Source of the DNA: Utricularia gibba
Lineage: Eukaryota > Plantae > Magnoliophyta
Direction of reading: 5' to 3'
Length of the DNA stretch: 64,000 bases
NCBI GenBank assembly: GCA_002189035.1
Contig: NEEC01000002.1
Span: 3,720,001 to 3,784,000, forward strand
Below are positions 13,380 through 25,670 of this stretch, in pieces; positions within the stretch are counted from its first letter, which is position 1, and the number at the start of each line of letters is the position of its first letter. The notes beneath the pieces were generated by a model that was not told where the DNA came from, searched no databases, and worked only from the letters and a program-made list of their open reading frames with translations. Made by a program: the position numbers and the translations under genes.

Positions 13380-15264
13380 ATGCCTGCAAAATGCGAACAT
13401 TAGAGTGCTGCTGCTGAAAAATCAGACAAGAAGATCATTGCTGAAAGCATCAAGCGCAAGAAAACTGGGAAGGCAGTAGCTGTTACTCCTAACTAGGAAC
13501 AGATCAAGGTCGCAACCCCAACAGAAGAAGCATTTCAGGGTGTAGATGCTCTCCTGCATGCAGCGAATCTAGGCGGAACCCCCTCTCAAGAAACAGCAAA
13601 GCCTCTTGTGGTAGAACGAAGAAGTCCAAGGTTAAAGGCACTCACCAGCCCTGATCTTCAAAAGAAATTAAGGGAACTACACAGGAGTTACAAAGGAAAA
13701 GGAAATTGGCTGTTGAAGAAGCATCTTTTGAGCCACCCTAGATTGTTTACCAAAAGAAGAAGACGGGGAGAAAGGGTCAGAGGAAGCAGAAAGAAATCAC
13801 CATGAACAATGCAATTGAAGAGGTGATTGCAAACGTGGAGGAGAACTTGGAATCAAGAGAAGATATTACACCAGTAGGGGTTGAGGAAGTCCCAGAAATT
13901 GTAGAACAAGAAACTGTAGAAGAAGAAGCAAAGTCTGGTGAGGTAGAACAAGTTCAAACAAGAGAGGAGAAACCATTTGAGGATGCTGGTACAGCAGCAG
14001 AGGAGGACAAGAGGAATTTGGTTGCAAAGAGAACAAGAAGCAGAACAGAGAAGCAACAGGAACCTGAACCTGAAATATAGGAGTTGGAGGAAAATTCCAG
14101 CGAGGAGGAGGAACAAGTGGTACAAACGAAACAAGAAAAATTCTTACCTAACCTTGTTCCACTGTTCTTGAGTTCAGGTAGGATTGAAGAGGAAGAGAAG
14201 GGGAAATCACAATGAAGAATGACCAGCAAGGGCATTCCTTATTTTAAGCAGCATGCAGAGATGCTAAACCTGAAGTATCATCAGTTTGAGGATGAAGAAT
14301 TTGCCATGCCGCATCATAGATTACGAGATATTGGTGGAATTGGGAATAGTTACTGAAGTCTATTCATTGCTAGAAAATTCTGGGCTGCTTATTTTGTGTG
14401 ACATGAATTACCCTTCCTATGTTGAACTTATATATGAATTTTCTTTTACATTCTATTATGAAAAACCAAAGACTGTGATTACACCAAGAGCAATTACATT
14501 TAGATTGTTAAGAAAAGAATTTTCCCTCTCAATTGCTGAATGGAGTGTAACCTTAGGATTCTGTCCTAAGCAGGATGTTGACTCGCATTCGTTTGCCACT
14601 TCCTTATTTGATTATCCTGATGATTTTAATGCTGAGATGGTGTATGAGGTGTTAACTAGTCAGCATGTTATAGAGTATAAACCTAAGGGTGCAAAGGCTG
14701 ATTTGTTTACAGAACCTGCTACACGATATGTCCATTTGCTGATTTCTGCTATGCGATTTGGAAGAACCCTAGGATTCAATACATTATATAAACATGAATT
14801 ATTTGTTATGTGGTGTTTGTTGCACAAGAAATTATTGAATTTAGGGGCGATTTAAGCAGAGCAAATGAATAGGGACTATAGGCGAAGCACCATCAACCAT
14901 CTCAAGTTTGGTAATGTAATAACTCTCCTTGCTCAAAGGCTGTGTGCTGATCGAATTTCTGAGCTAGAATATTTTCATGTGGAGAAAAAAAAATTCCCTT
15001 TGAATGCTCACTTTCTTAAAACTACTAGATTAATCCAACCTAGGGGGAGTGGATTTGTGTTTAGATCTCTAGCAGAAATTTGCAACAATTTGCCTGCACA
15101 GAAAGCAAAAGCAAGGACCTTGACAAGGACCAAGTAGGGTGAAGGACGGGAAGGATTGCTGCTGCCAAGAGAAAATTGATATGATATATGACATGCTTGG
15201 GGATTTGCTAAGGGAAGTGAAGGAAACGAAACAGGGAGTGAAGAACTCCTCCCTGATCAAGTAA
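13380..15264 (+). pseudogene. Athila extra ('env-like'/ATHILA ORF-1-type) ORF of element A, degenerate
   Basis: Starts MPAK.. and matches element B (61748-59865). Basic then acidic low-complexity N-terminus, then NYPSYVELIYEFSFT...FSLSIAEWSVTLGF...ELFVMWCLLHKKLLNLG, and a predicted C-terminal coiled coil. Lies downstream of INT. Confidence 0.8.
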
Positions 15265-16154
15265 TATCATTGCATTGCCTTAATTTTATTTTTATTTTTA
15301 TTTTTATTTTTATATTTATGGTGTTAGTCTAAGTTAGGAGTAATTTAGTAGTGCAATGTTAGGATCAGGAGAATTTTGTGAATGGCCGAGGAATTTTCTT
15401 GCAAACGTGGGATGTTTTTCATGACGCACGAAATGCATGAATTTTGTTATGGCCATTTATGAACCAGTGAGCATATTTTCTTTCAATTATTTTCATGAGG
15501 GAGCAACATGTTCAATGTAGTAGGATTGGTGCTTTCAAGATTTTTTTTTAAGTAGATTGCCATGTGTTGATCTTTCATGGAAGATTGGTTGTCACAAAAT
15601 CCATAGATAGCAAAAATAAAGGGGTCAGAAAAGCATCATCACCAGAAAAGCGATGAAACCCTAGTCTTGAAAAGCAACACACAACAAGAGCAAGTTTAGA
15701 CGGTAGAGTAAAGAGCATAGGGAAGTTATGAGAACAACTCAGAGGAGTAGAAGGAGGAGAGTGCATTGCCCACACTCACATACAAAGAGGGGAAGCAACA
15801 GTTACCTGAGTTGAACTCTAAATTTTCCATGGCCTCAATCTTTGTAGAAAAAACATAAGAAAGAGAATGAGAAAAAAAAAGGGTGAGCGGAAAAATAGTA
15901 GTGACAACCAGCATTCTTTGAAGGTAAGCATATGCTATTCTTGCCCATTTAATCTTTGAATGCACCTTTCAGGATGAAATTGACATGTATGCTTGAGTGA
16001 CACCCTCACATGCACATTGGCACCCTTGCAATTCATGCATTTTTAGCTGAATGTTAAGCATCCACATCAATGTGTAGGAGATTCATTAACTATTTGCCTT
16101 CTATTAGTCTTAGTTAGGACTTGAGGACAAGTCTAGTATCGTTGTAATATAATG

Positions 16155-16890
16155 TGATAACACATATTTTTCAGTGATTGAATACATGAAAATTACTCAT
16201 ATTGTGCTACAAAAATTAAGTTTTATTACCTAGTTCTATATTTTTGCTTTTAAGTACTGTAGTTGTGTTATTTTAGGCTTAGTTGGGGTTAAATCCCAAG
16301 GAGTCGAATATGAACAGTGTAGTGGCAGGAGATGGGACAGAAGTCTGAAAAAGAAGTACACACAAAATCAAAGGAAGGAAAAATAAGGATTTTGGACAAA
16401 AAGAGGGACAAGATGGAGAGAGAAACAAGATCTCCCTCATTGGAGACACACGACATTCTTTTTGGAGAAGGTTTTCTGAGGGGGAAGAAGGAGGAAAATG
16501 AACCAGGAATGAAGCTGATGCTTGAAGACTATTTTCTATTTCCAAAGATTATTACTCTTAGCTAAGAGTAGCTTGGGACATTTTCTACTTTTCTACTAAA
16601 CCTTTTAAATTCCTTACTTGTTTATTTTCTAGTATTCGACTGTGAGATGAGTACAATGTGGATGATGTTTTCTTTTCTATTTTCATTTATCTTAAGCATG
16701 AGTGGCTAAGTGCTTAGGGGTGCCTTGGGTTGAAAAGAGGAGAAATGTGCTAATCAACCATAAGTAACACTACTTCCTTAACAAACCAGGATAGATCCAA
16801 GAGGAGAAAGTAGTGAAACCCAGCTTAACAATCCTAATTAGAGGTAGACCAAAGATTAGGGGGAAAACAAGAATCCGGATAGATCTATTT
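16155..16890 (+). repeat. Probable partial 3' LTR of element A
   Basis: Starts TGATAACACA after TTGAGGACAAGTCT (PPT decayed), with GA-rich U3-like and CT-rich R-like blocks. No terminal CA could be identified. Confidence 0.45.
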
Positions 16891-17608
16891 TTGAAAAATA
16901 AGTGTTAATGATGAAGGGCAAAATTAGAAGAAATCGATCATGTTTACATAAGCTGACCCCTCCCCTTTGATTTACGTAAACCCAACCGTAGTGGGTGATA
17001 AACATTAACTCACCTTCAAATCATGTATCAAACATGAGTTTATTATTAAACACAACCTTAATGAGATTTAGTATAAGTAAAGAAAACATTGATAAAAATA
17101 TAATAATAGCAAAAATTATATTATTCTTAAGAAATTTTCAAACTGCTATTTTAAACCATTAATTAGACGATTTAAATCATACTTTATCATAGAAAGTAAC
17201 ATGTAATATAATAATAAAAATGCACTCAACAATTATATTAGAAAGTGTAATGATTTAAATACATAATTTAATAACAAATACATAAATGATAGAAGTGTTT
17301 TTAGATTGGATTTTTTAGTTTTTGATCTCTCATTTATATAGTTGAAACTGTGCCACTCTATCGAATTATAGATGTTTCAGAAAAATGATACAATGTATTC
17401 ACTAATAACACTTTGTCATAATTTTTTTTCCTATTATCAAAATTAAAAATATTAAAACATGCTTCATCAATAACACAATGTGTTCATTTTGAAAATACAC
17501 TTACGATAGAAATATTTTTAGAAACAATTCGCTAGTTGTTGATTTCTTCCTTGTAGAATCAAAATTGTATCATTCCATTGAATTACGCACATTTTCTAAG
17601 AGTGTTAC

Positions 17609-18783
17609 TGATAAGTGATTTTGTGTCACTTATATTTGTGTTTTTTGATACTCACTTAGATGAGTTTTGCATTCTTTTTATCCCACTTTCTTTATGTTTT
17701 TAGAAGAATTTTATATCTTTTATACTAGATCCTTTTGGAAGGAAAGTGTGTTTTGTGATTTTTCAGGACTAATTTGGAATAATTTGGAGGATTTTTGAGT
17801 TGACCTTTATGGAGGCAAAGATTTGGTCTATTCAGATGAAGACTCGGTCACAGATTCTCGGATAAAATAAGATTCGCATCTTATCTTAGAAAATTTGGAT
17901 CTTATTCTAGAAGATTTGTATCAAATCTTAGAAGATTTCGATAGAAGATTTGATGTGAGCCCATTAAGAAAGCCCGAAAAATCCCCACCATTATATAAAG
18001 ATCCAAACGTGAAGATCAAAAGAGTTAGTCAGGGGTGGATGATCAGAGAGTCAATTTAGGGTTTAGAGTTGAGTCTAGCATATTTTGGATTCTTTTCCTT
18101 TTGTTTTTCATCAATTTTTGTTGTTTAGAGTCGAGCATGCGCGTGTGAGCGCTTGCAGCTAAGGATCTGCGGTGAAGCCTTTTTTGTGCAAGTCCTGCAT
18201 GTGTGACTGTCTTACTATGTTTTTCAACATTTAATTTGAGGTTTGATTCTTTTTTTTACAACGTTTTCTTTATTAACGTGATCTTTAGTACCATATAACC
18301 CTAAGGAGTGTGGGAGAATCAAAGGTTGGCCTCAAGCACCTAAGGAGAAGGGCTCACTCAGACATCGTTAGTAAGACACATTATGTCTAATCTATCTGCG
18401 AGGTGAGAGGTGTAGAGGTTAGATTTGGATGTGGTGTATTACAAGAGGTGAAATAGCTCTATTGGTGTGGTTGATTTCATAATCCCACAAAACAAGGGAC
18501 AGTGCTATAACGGTCACCGAGTAGCACTATTTTAGCATAACACCTCCAAAGCTTACACAAGCAGGTCAGTTCTCAAGGTTTGTATACACGCAAGGGCGAG
18601 TTTCAAGTAAGGTGGATTTTAGATCCAATGCCACTTTTCTTATTGTTTTCAAAACTAGATCTTTCTTTTGTTTTCAATCTTTTTAATTCTTTGTTTGAAA
18701 AGAAAATTCCAACAACAATTCCTTGTGGATACGATTTATTTTATTACTTCGACGGTTTTTGTACACTTGCAAAATCACCATCA
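17609..18783 (+). mobile_element. Solo LTR, family S, TSD GTTAC/GATAC
   Basis: TGATAAGTGATTTT...AAAATCACCATCA, 1175 bp. The 5-bp flanks match 4 of 5. TATATAAA near 17992. Confidence 0.88.
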
Positions 18784-19138
18784 GATACAGAATATATTAA
18801 CTAATAACACAATGTCATGAGCGTCATTTGTTGCCTGAAGTAGTGCCCAAAATTATATGATGGTCGTTTGTTATTAGAGGTAGTGTTTAAAGTATCATGG
18901 ATATTGTTTGTTATTATAACACTTGAGAAACTTCTTTTGTATTAAAAAATTCAAAACATTTAGGATATTTATTTTTGTTTTAGTTTTATTATTGATTTGA
19001 CTTAAAAACATATTTAAAATCATTAGAAATATTTATATCAATATTTACATTATATTTTGTAAATTGAATAATACAGCTTATCTTTTTTATTAGGTTTTTT
19101 AAATATTATTTAGTCTAAATAAAAATAATGTTACATTT

Positions 19139-20262
19139 TGATAAGTGATTTTATGTCGTTCCAAAACATGTTATTCTATTACTCTTGAATGTTGTTTTTA
19201 CTTATCTTAAACTACACTTTCTCACTATTCTCAATTGATTTTACATCTTTCACACTATTTTGATCTTTTTGGAGAGAAAGTGTATTTTGTGGATTTTTAG
19301 AGCACTTTTGGATTAATTTGAGGAGAAATAAAGATCCACTAAATTATGGACTTGATGGGCCACGAATCTCAGCCCAAGACTCGGTCAAACGATAAAGATT
19401 TGGTTTAAGATTCATGGATAAGATAAAGATATGAAAATTTGGATAGAAAATCTTATCCAAGCCCATCAAACAAGCCCAATACGAATACTTGTATCTACTC
19501 TCCTATAAATACCTCACTCTCTCAACCATTAGAAACGTCTTTGACCACTTTTCCTTTGTATTTTTCCTATTTTCGTGTCTATTTTCATGTTAGAGTCAAG
19601 TCTGCGTGTGTAGGCGCTTGCGGTTGAGGATCTGCGGTGAAGCCTTGCTTGCGCAAGTCCTGCACGTGTGACTGTTTTACTATGTTTTTCGACATTTAAA
19701 TTGAGGTTTAATTTTGTTTTTCACAACGTTTTCTTTACCAACGTGATCTTTAGTATCATTTAACCCTAAGGGAGTGTGGGAGAATCAAATGTTGGCCTCA
19801 AGCACTTAATGAGAAGGGCTCAATCGGACATCGTTGGTAAGGCACATTCTGTCTAATCTGTCTGCGAGGTGTGAGGTGTAGGGGTTAGATTTGGGTGTGG
19901 GGAAAACATGGGTTATCACAAGAGGTGAAATGGCTCGAGTGGCATGGTTGATTCCCTAATCCCACAAAACAAGGGACGGTGCTATAATGGTCACCGAGTA
20001 GCATATTTTATAATAATACCCCCAGAACTTGCGCAAATAGGTCAATCTTCAAGGTTTACACACACAAGTTTGGGCGAGTTTTGAACAAGATGGATCTTAA
20101 GTCTAATGTCACTTTTATTCTTGTTTTTAAAACCAAATCTTTCTTTTCTTTTCAGTCTTTTTGAGTCTTTGTTTGAAAAGAAAATTCCAATAACAATTCA
20201 CTGTAGATACGATTTTATTTTATTACTTCGACGGTTTATGTGCATTTGCAGAATCACCATCA
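19139..20262 (+). mobile_element. Solo LTR, family S, TSD CATTT
   Basis: TGATAAGTGATTTT...GAATCACCATCA, 1124 bp. Perfect CATTT at 19134-19138 and 20263-20267. TATAAAT at 19504-19510. Confidence 0.92.
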
Positions 20263-20579
20263 CATTTCTTATTATTTTTTAAAATATTATTAAATCATAT
20301 ATATAAATATGCAAATACATGAATAAAAAATTGAAATACATTGATTTATAAATTAATGATTTATTTTAATGTTCAATTATAAAAACGGTTATAAAAAAAA
20401 ATTAGAAAATGATAATTTTTTAAATAAAATTGAAAAGAGAGCGATTTATCCAATATATCCTCACCTCTGATGTGACAAGTCCAGATGGACGGGTGACACA
20501 CACCACACCAGGTGGGCAGCCGCGCGGACATCGAAGTAGACCTAATCAAAATCCCGTTTGTTCAAAATTTTAACTTGAA

Positions 20580-22232
20580 ATGGCATTGGCTGCTGCACAC
20601 GCGTACTGGTTTCCCTGCATGACACTCCGTACGTGGCGACATCTGCTGTGTCCAAGTTTTTGCTCGCACGGGCTGGCAGTGTCCTCCTACCTGGCTACCC
20701 CTCCCCCCCCACCCAGCTTCATCTTGAAAATTCGTAGAAAATGGACAGAGGTATGTGCATTGGATTTGCATTGGTGTTGCCTTTGATCTGGGCAGTTCCT
20801 GATGTTTTAATTTCGTCTCAGGCTGAGCAGGAAGAACGAAGAATGCGCCGTGTGTTGGCTAATAGAGAATCAGCTAGGCAGACTATTATCCGCAGACAGG
20901 TATTCATCATTTCTTCTTTTCTTAAAAGAATGACTAACTTATTACAAGCTTGTTCATGGTCTTTTTGTAGTTGTGTTGGTTGCTAGTGGAAAGCATGATT
21001 CGTAGTGTTACCGTTGTGGGCTGAACTATTCCTGCCCTATTTCATTGTGTATAATCTGCTCACCGAGCTTGGTAATAGGTTAGAACAAGCTGTTGTAAGT
21101 GATTTAGTTGTTGTTTAAAGAATCTTTATCTAAGTGCTCGATACAGTTCCGCTGGTGTCACATGAGGGATTTCGTTGGCTGGTAAGCCTGTGGATCATAA
21201 TCTGTCCACTTAGCTCGGTGATAGGTTAGAGCAAGTCGTTTTAAGTTATCAGCGTTTACAGAATTGATATCTAAACACTCCGTACACTTGGCTTGTGTCT
21301 GGCAGCAGCGAGTAGTGAGTCCTTATGTCTTTTGAAACCAGGCTATGCTTGAAGATTTAAGAAGAAATGCCACAAAGCTTACAGAGGAGAATGGGAACTT
21401 GAAGAAGGTAGGCTGCCTGGTCCTTTCTCACTGCTCTTGTTTCTTGTATTGTTGTTCCCTGTATCGTTTTCTGAACCCGTTGAATGTGGTGAGAAGGCTC
21501 AGGAGTTTGCAATGAAGAAACACAACTCTCTGAAAGATAGAAATGCGTACCTGAAAGCTAAGGTAATCTACTCAATATAGCTCTTGAGCTGTATTACTGG
21601 AAATCTGCATCACCTGGAATCTCTCGCTTACAGTTGGCTAAAATAAAGAAAACTGATCTAGGCGACAAGCATGAGAACTCAAAGGGGTTGTTGCTAGCAA
21701 GCTCTAATTTGACCCCCAGAACCAATACTAGTAGTTTCTCGAGTGATCAACCCTGTTTACTTCCTCCATATTGGCCCCCTATGCATCCATTCCGAGATTT
21801 TAGCCACTTCCAGTATGATCCTCACTCTCATGTTAATCCTTTAAATGTTCTCGCCCCTGCAACCTCGATTCAACAAGCACGAGAAGGCACAACAGTTGGT
21901 GGTGGTCAAGGAGCTGCTCTGGTTTTCCTCCCTGTCACCTATTTGCTTCCTTTTGTTGCTCATATAAGTGTAGTCCATCCCCAAAACCCACTTGAGTGTG
22001 ACAGAACACGCCCCACCCATTGGATTCTACCGGATGAAATGAGTCATAATCACCTATTACCCAACCAGGGCTTCAAAGGAGAGACATCAAGCTCTGTGGG
22101 AAGAAATGCTCCCCTGGTTCTTCCGGTATCAGTCATGATAAAGGGAAACCATCCATGGGTATTCCGCATGCAACGGAGGCAAGATGGAGGAGGAAGGAAT
22201 TGATGAAACTGAGAAATCGCCCTCGTCAGTAA
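20580..22232 (+). CDS. Group-J bZIP transcription factor (AtbZIP62-like); 5 exons; apparent frameshift in last exon
   Basis: Exons 20580-20750, 20822-20899, 21342-21407, ~21503-21562 and 21634 onward, with GT-AG phase-0 introns. Spliced product reads KIRRKWTE|AEQEERRMRRVLANRESARQTIIRRQ|AMLEDLRRNATKLTEENGNLKK|EFAMKKHNSLKDRNAYLKAK|LAKIK. The C-terminal EARWRRKELMKL motif lies in the -1 frame (stop 22230-22232), whereas the open frame stops at 22203. The start codon and exon-4 acceptor are uncertain. Confidence 0.8.
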
Positions 22233-22626
22233 GATACCTTGGTCTCATCTGGTGTGGAGAAATTGTTAGCTGTGCTGCCTTTTTTTCCAGTGAGTTTGCG
22301 TTTCTAAGCACCCATAAGATGTAGTCTTATTAGTGACCCTGTGCGTATATATCACTTAGGCTGTGGTGAATCATTCATGTTCATGTTTTATCCGCTTAGT
22401 GATGCAGTTTTGGCACAACCCCGTCAATCTAATACTCATCTACTTCTCTGGTATGTGTGGCTCACATTTATGTTTCCAACTCCTGTCGTGTTGTGTGATA
22501 GGCGGAGGACTACCGCCTTACAGAGAGTGAATCATTGAATAAAAATAGATGTTCAATGAGGCAGACGAGTGTCGTCTTTTGTTGTGTGTAAATGCAAATG
22601 CAAGAAATCATCATGATGGATGAAAA

Positions 22627-24733
22627 TCAAGGCCTCATGAGAATGCTGAGGATGTAGTTGAGCACCTCTTCGGAATTCACCTTCCACGCTACTGAAACTG
22701 GGGAGTGCCCGGTCCAGGAGTTGCATGAATTCCATCTGTCACCATGTTCAATAATAACCAGATCAGGTCATAAAGCACTGAAACGACAACGATGAGGAAG
22801 GGGCATTATTATTACTTCTTCAATCCTTGGTCCATGAGTGTGTGCCCAACGCAGATTCCCTGCGTTTCCACCCTCACCGCTCCCTTCTTGAACGTGAAAA
22901 GGTCAGGCCTCACTAGAGCCACAAAGCTCACTGGATCATGAGGGAAAACCCCTGCATTTATAAACAGAACGCAATGCCATGAAGGGCCTCAAAAGGGAAT
23001 GGATGCACTGTCCTAGCTAGTTTAAGAGTATCTCTCATACCATGCACACCATCAGATCTGACATGCCACTCGCGATAGAATTTGCACATATCACAGATGA
23101 TCTGCGCGTGCCGGCCTTTGGACTTTCTCAGCTCTTCCAGGTGTGCGTCTGATGGAAAAGATGCTCAGATATGCAGCAAAAAATATGAAATGTGCAAACC
23201 TTCTAACCTGTCAACTTGACTTGAGTTGTGATGTTAACACCAACGACACAGATATCTGCCCCACAGGTGAACACGATATCTGCAGCTTCAGGATCCCCAT
23301 AGATCTGTCACCATTTAGCAAACAAAGCATCAATAAGAGTTGACACCACTCCAGGTCACACGCAGAGTTCATACATTCGCTTCAGCGGCAGGATTAACGT
23401 TTCCCAGGGAAAAAAAAGCCCCACCAAGTACGACCACCCTCTTCACCTTTTTTGAAAAAGATGAGTCTCTCTTGATAGCCTATGTGCAGAAGAAGAAGAA
23501 ATTTAAGGGTGACACAGGATAAACGAGGCTGCATGCAAGGGGTATCAAATGAAAAACTCACAAGAGCAAGGTTGGTTAGAGGTCCTAATGCAAGTATAGA
23601 TACTTCACCAGGATATTCACAAACTTTTTCTACCAAAAATTCAGATGCAGATTTTTCTGATTTCTTTGCCTTGGGTGAGGGAATGGGTATTTCTCCCAAT
23701 CCATTTTTACCATGGACAAAGTCTGCAACACGTGGTTCTCCTCCCTGGCCAGAGATTTGAAGTACATAATGCGATACAACTGAAAAAATGATTTTCTTGG
23801 TAATCTCCAACTCTCAACAAAATGCCTCGGTAAGCCCATTCGAAAAAAACAGGAAGGGAGGAAGCAACTAACAGTGATTCGCGAAATCAGGGCTGAAAAA
23901 TGGAATCATCCTTTTACCTTTAAAGGTTGATGACTGCCTTCAGCCACGGGAACATCAGGAAACCCAGCAATCTCACTCTATCCTTTTGCATGACAAGGCT
24001 ACTTGATCAAGAACATGTACAAAAACAAGAAAGCTGCGTTCTAGGATGATGGAATTGTGGAGTACCACAAAAAACATACCAGAATCAATGAATTCCGAGT
24101 AGCATCTCTTGTGGACACATTACCAAATATCGTTGTCAATCCTAATATTTCAATATCCGGAGATTGGAAAGCCATGAATATAGCCATGCTATCATCTGCA
24201 TTTAATAGAACCACCAATGCTTTCATCAAATCTTCGAAAACCAAATATATGGACAAAAGGTGCCCAGTACACCTTATGAATGAAATCTCGTTAAACATAT
24301 CACAAAAAGTATTACTGCCTACAGGTAAAAAGACATCAGAAACATGCCCCTCAAATTCCGAGTGACCGGCCACACAAACAAAAGCATAAGCTCCGGTTCC
24401 CAAAACTGATTTCCCAAGAAGCAGCGCAGAATCAACTCTAAGATCTAAGAATCTTAAAAAATAAATTACATTCCAAAATCACATCCACCCCGAATCATTA
24501 AAGTACTTTCAGCACACATATACTCCAATCACAACCCCCTGGCCTTCAATCACCAACTAATGGATAGCATTTAGCACCCAGAGTGTAAAGTAAGTAGCCA
24601 AGCCAACACTAGAAAAGCCAAACAATTGAAGAAAATAAATTACTGGGTTCGATTTCTTCCTACCAATTCCAGGATCTGTATCAATGATAATCTTCTCGCG
24701 CTTCATGAACCCATCTCCAAGAAGAGTTGACAT
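22627..24733 (-). CDS. URH1: Uridine/inosine nucleoside hydrolase (URH1/NSH1-like); 9 exons; 1-bp frameshift in last exon
   Basis: Exons 24733-24664, 24195-24080, 23977-23918, 23744-23562, 23479-23375, 23304-23208, 23148-23041, 22951-22816 and 22734-22627, all GT-AG and phase-consistent. Motifs: IIIDTDPGIDDSMAI, ADFVHGKNGLG, LGPLTNLAL, NVNPAAEANIYGDPEAAD, HDPVSF. As written the last exon stops at 22691-22689; the ancestral tail PVSVAWKV..VLNYI..LMRP* is in the shifted frame. Confidence 0.93.
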
Positions 24734-24999
24734 ATCCGCTTCGCTTTTTCCTCCAATCCCAAGTTAACCCAGCAAAATTCGGAGTTGGGAGCTGGGTTCC
24801 TGAAACAAGGCAGCCACCTTTTCCGGTTGTTATTCTGAATTGGCGTGAGAAGAGACAAAATGACGCTGCGAGCACAAGTTCCACACCAACTCAAACGCTA
24901 CAGACATGGGACTCCAATACAAACACGTAACCAGTGTCGGAGCTACATCAACAATTAAGGCATTAAATTTAATAAAATGTATCACAACTTGTCACACAT

Positions 25000-25670
25000 T
25001 CTAAGAGATTATTTCAAGATAGGGCTAATGTGGTAGAGGAGAAACCCAGCATCAAAGAGGAAAACCCTTAAACCCAACTTAAGTGGAAAATTCTAAACAA
25101 AAAATGGTGGGTACTATGTTTGTGGCAAAGTTGACCACTATGCACTTCAATGCCATGAAAGGGCAACATTGGATGAAGAGGAAAAAATGGTTTCTAACAA
25201 AGCCAATTTTGTACAAGGGCAAGAAGACATGATTGTGGTCATGATCTATGAAATAAAATTGATGTAGAAAATGTCAAATAAGTTTTGGCTAATTGATTTT
25301 AGAGCAACAAAGTACATTTGTGTGAAACGAGAATCGTTTAGAGAATATTTTCTAATGCAAAGTTGTAATATGATTCCGAAAAGATAACTCACTTAGAGAG
25401 GTGCATCATGTGTCTAACATGTGAGCCAACTTCATCTTGGTTGTCTCCTTGATGAAATTAGAATGAGAGTGCCCCTTGTACTCATTTCCATTACAAAAGA
25501 AATTTCTTCCTCAATTTACTTTGTGGATTCCTATGAGCTTTAACATGCAAAACTTGATCATGTAAACAAATCTTATTTAAAAAAATGACCAATATTAGCA
25601 TATTCGAAGATATTTTGATGACATTCAAAAATGTCATGTTTGTGTGGAATCGAAATTAATCAAGAAGATT
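25000..25670 (+). pseudogene. Decayed Ty1/Copia gag-protease-pre-integrase fragment
   Basis: YYVCGKVDHYALQC (zinc knuckle), WLIDFRATKYIC (DSGAT protease motif decayed), LDHVN and KCHVCVESK (GAG-pre-integrase). It is cut at 25671 by a family-S LTR. Confidence 0.7.

Larger units (their letters stand above)
7024..16890 (+). mobile_element. Athila-type Ty3/Gypsy element A (5' LTR and gag start lost; 3' LTR partial)
   Basis: Order is gag, PR, RT, RH, INT, extra ORF, long 3' UTR, then LTR-like sequence from ~16155 (TGATAACACA). The right boundary is approximate. Confidence 0.85.

Noticed and set aside
17609-20262. Two similar LTRs with a 355-bp spacer read as one TRIM/LARD element
   Set aside because: Each LTR has its own TSD (GTTAC/GATAC; CATTT/CATTT), and the spacer shows no PBS or PPT, so these are two independent solo LTRs.
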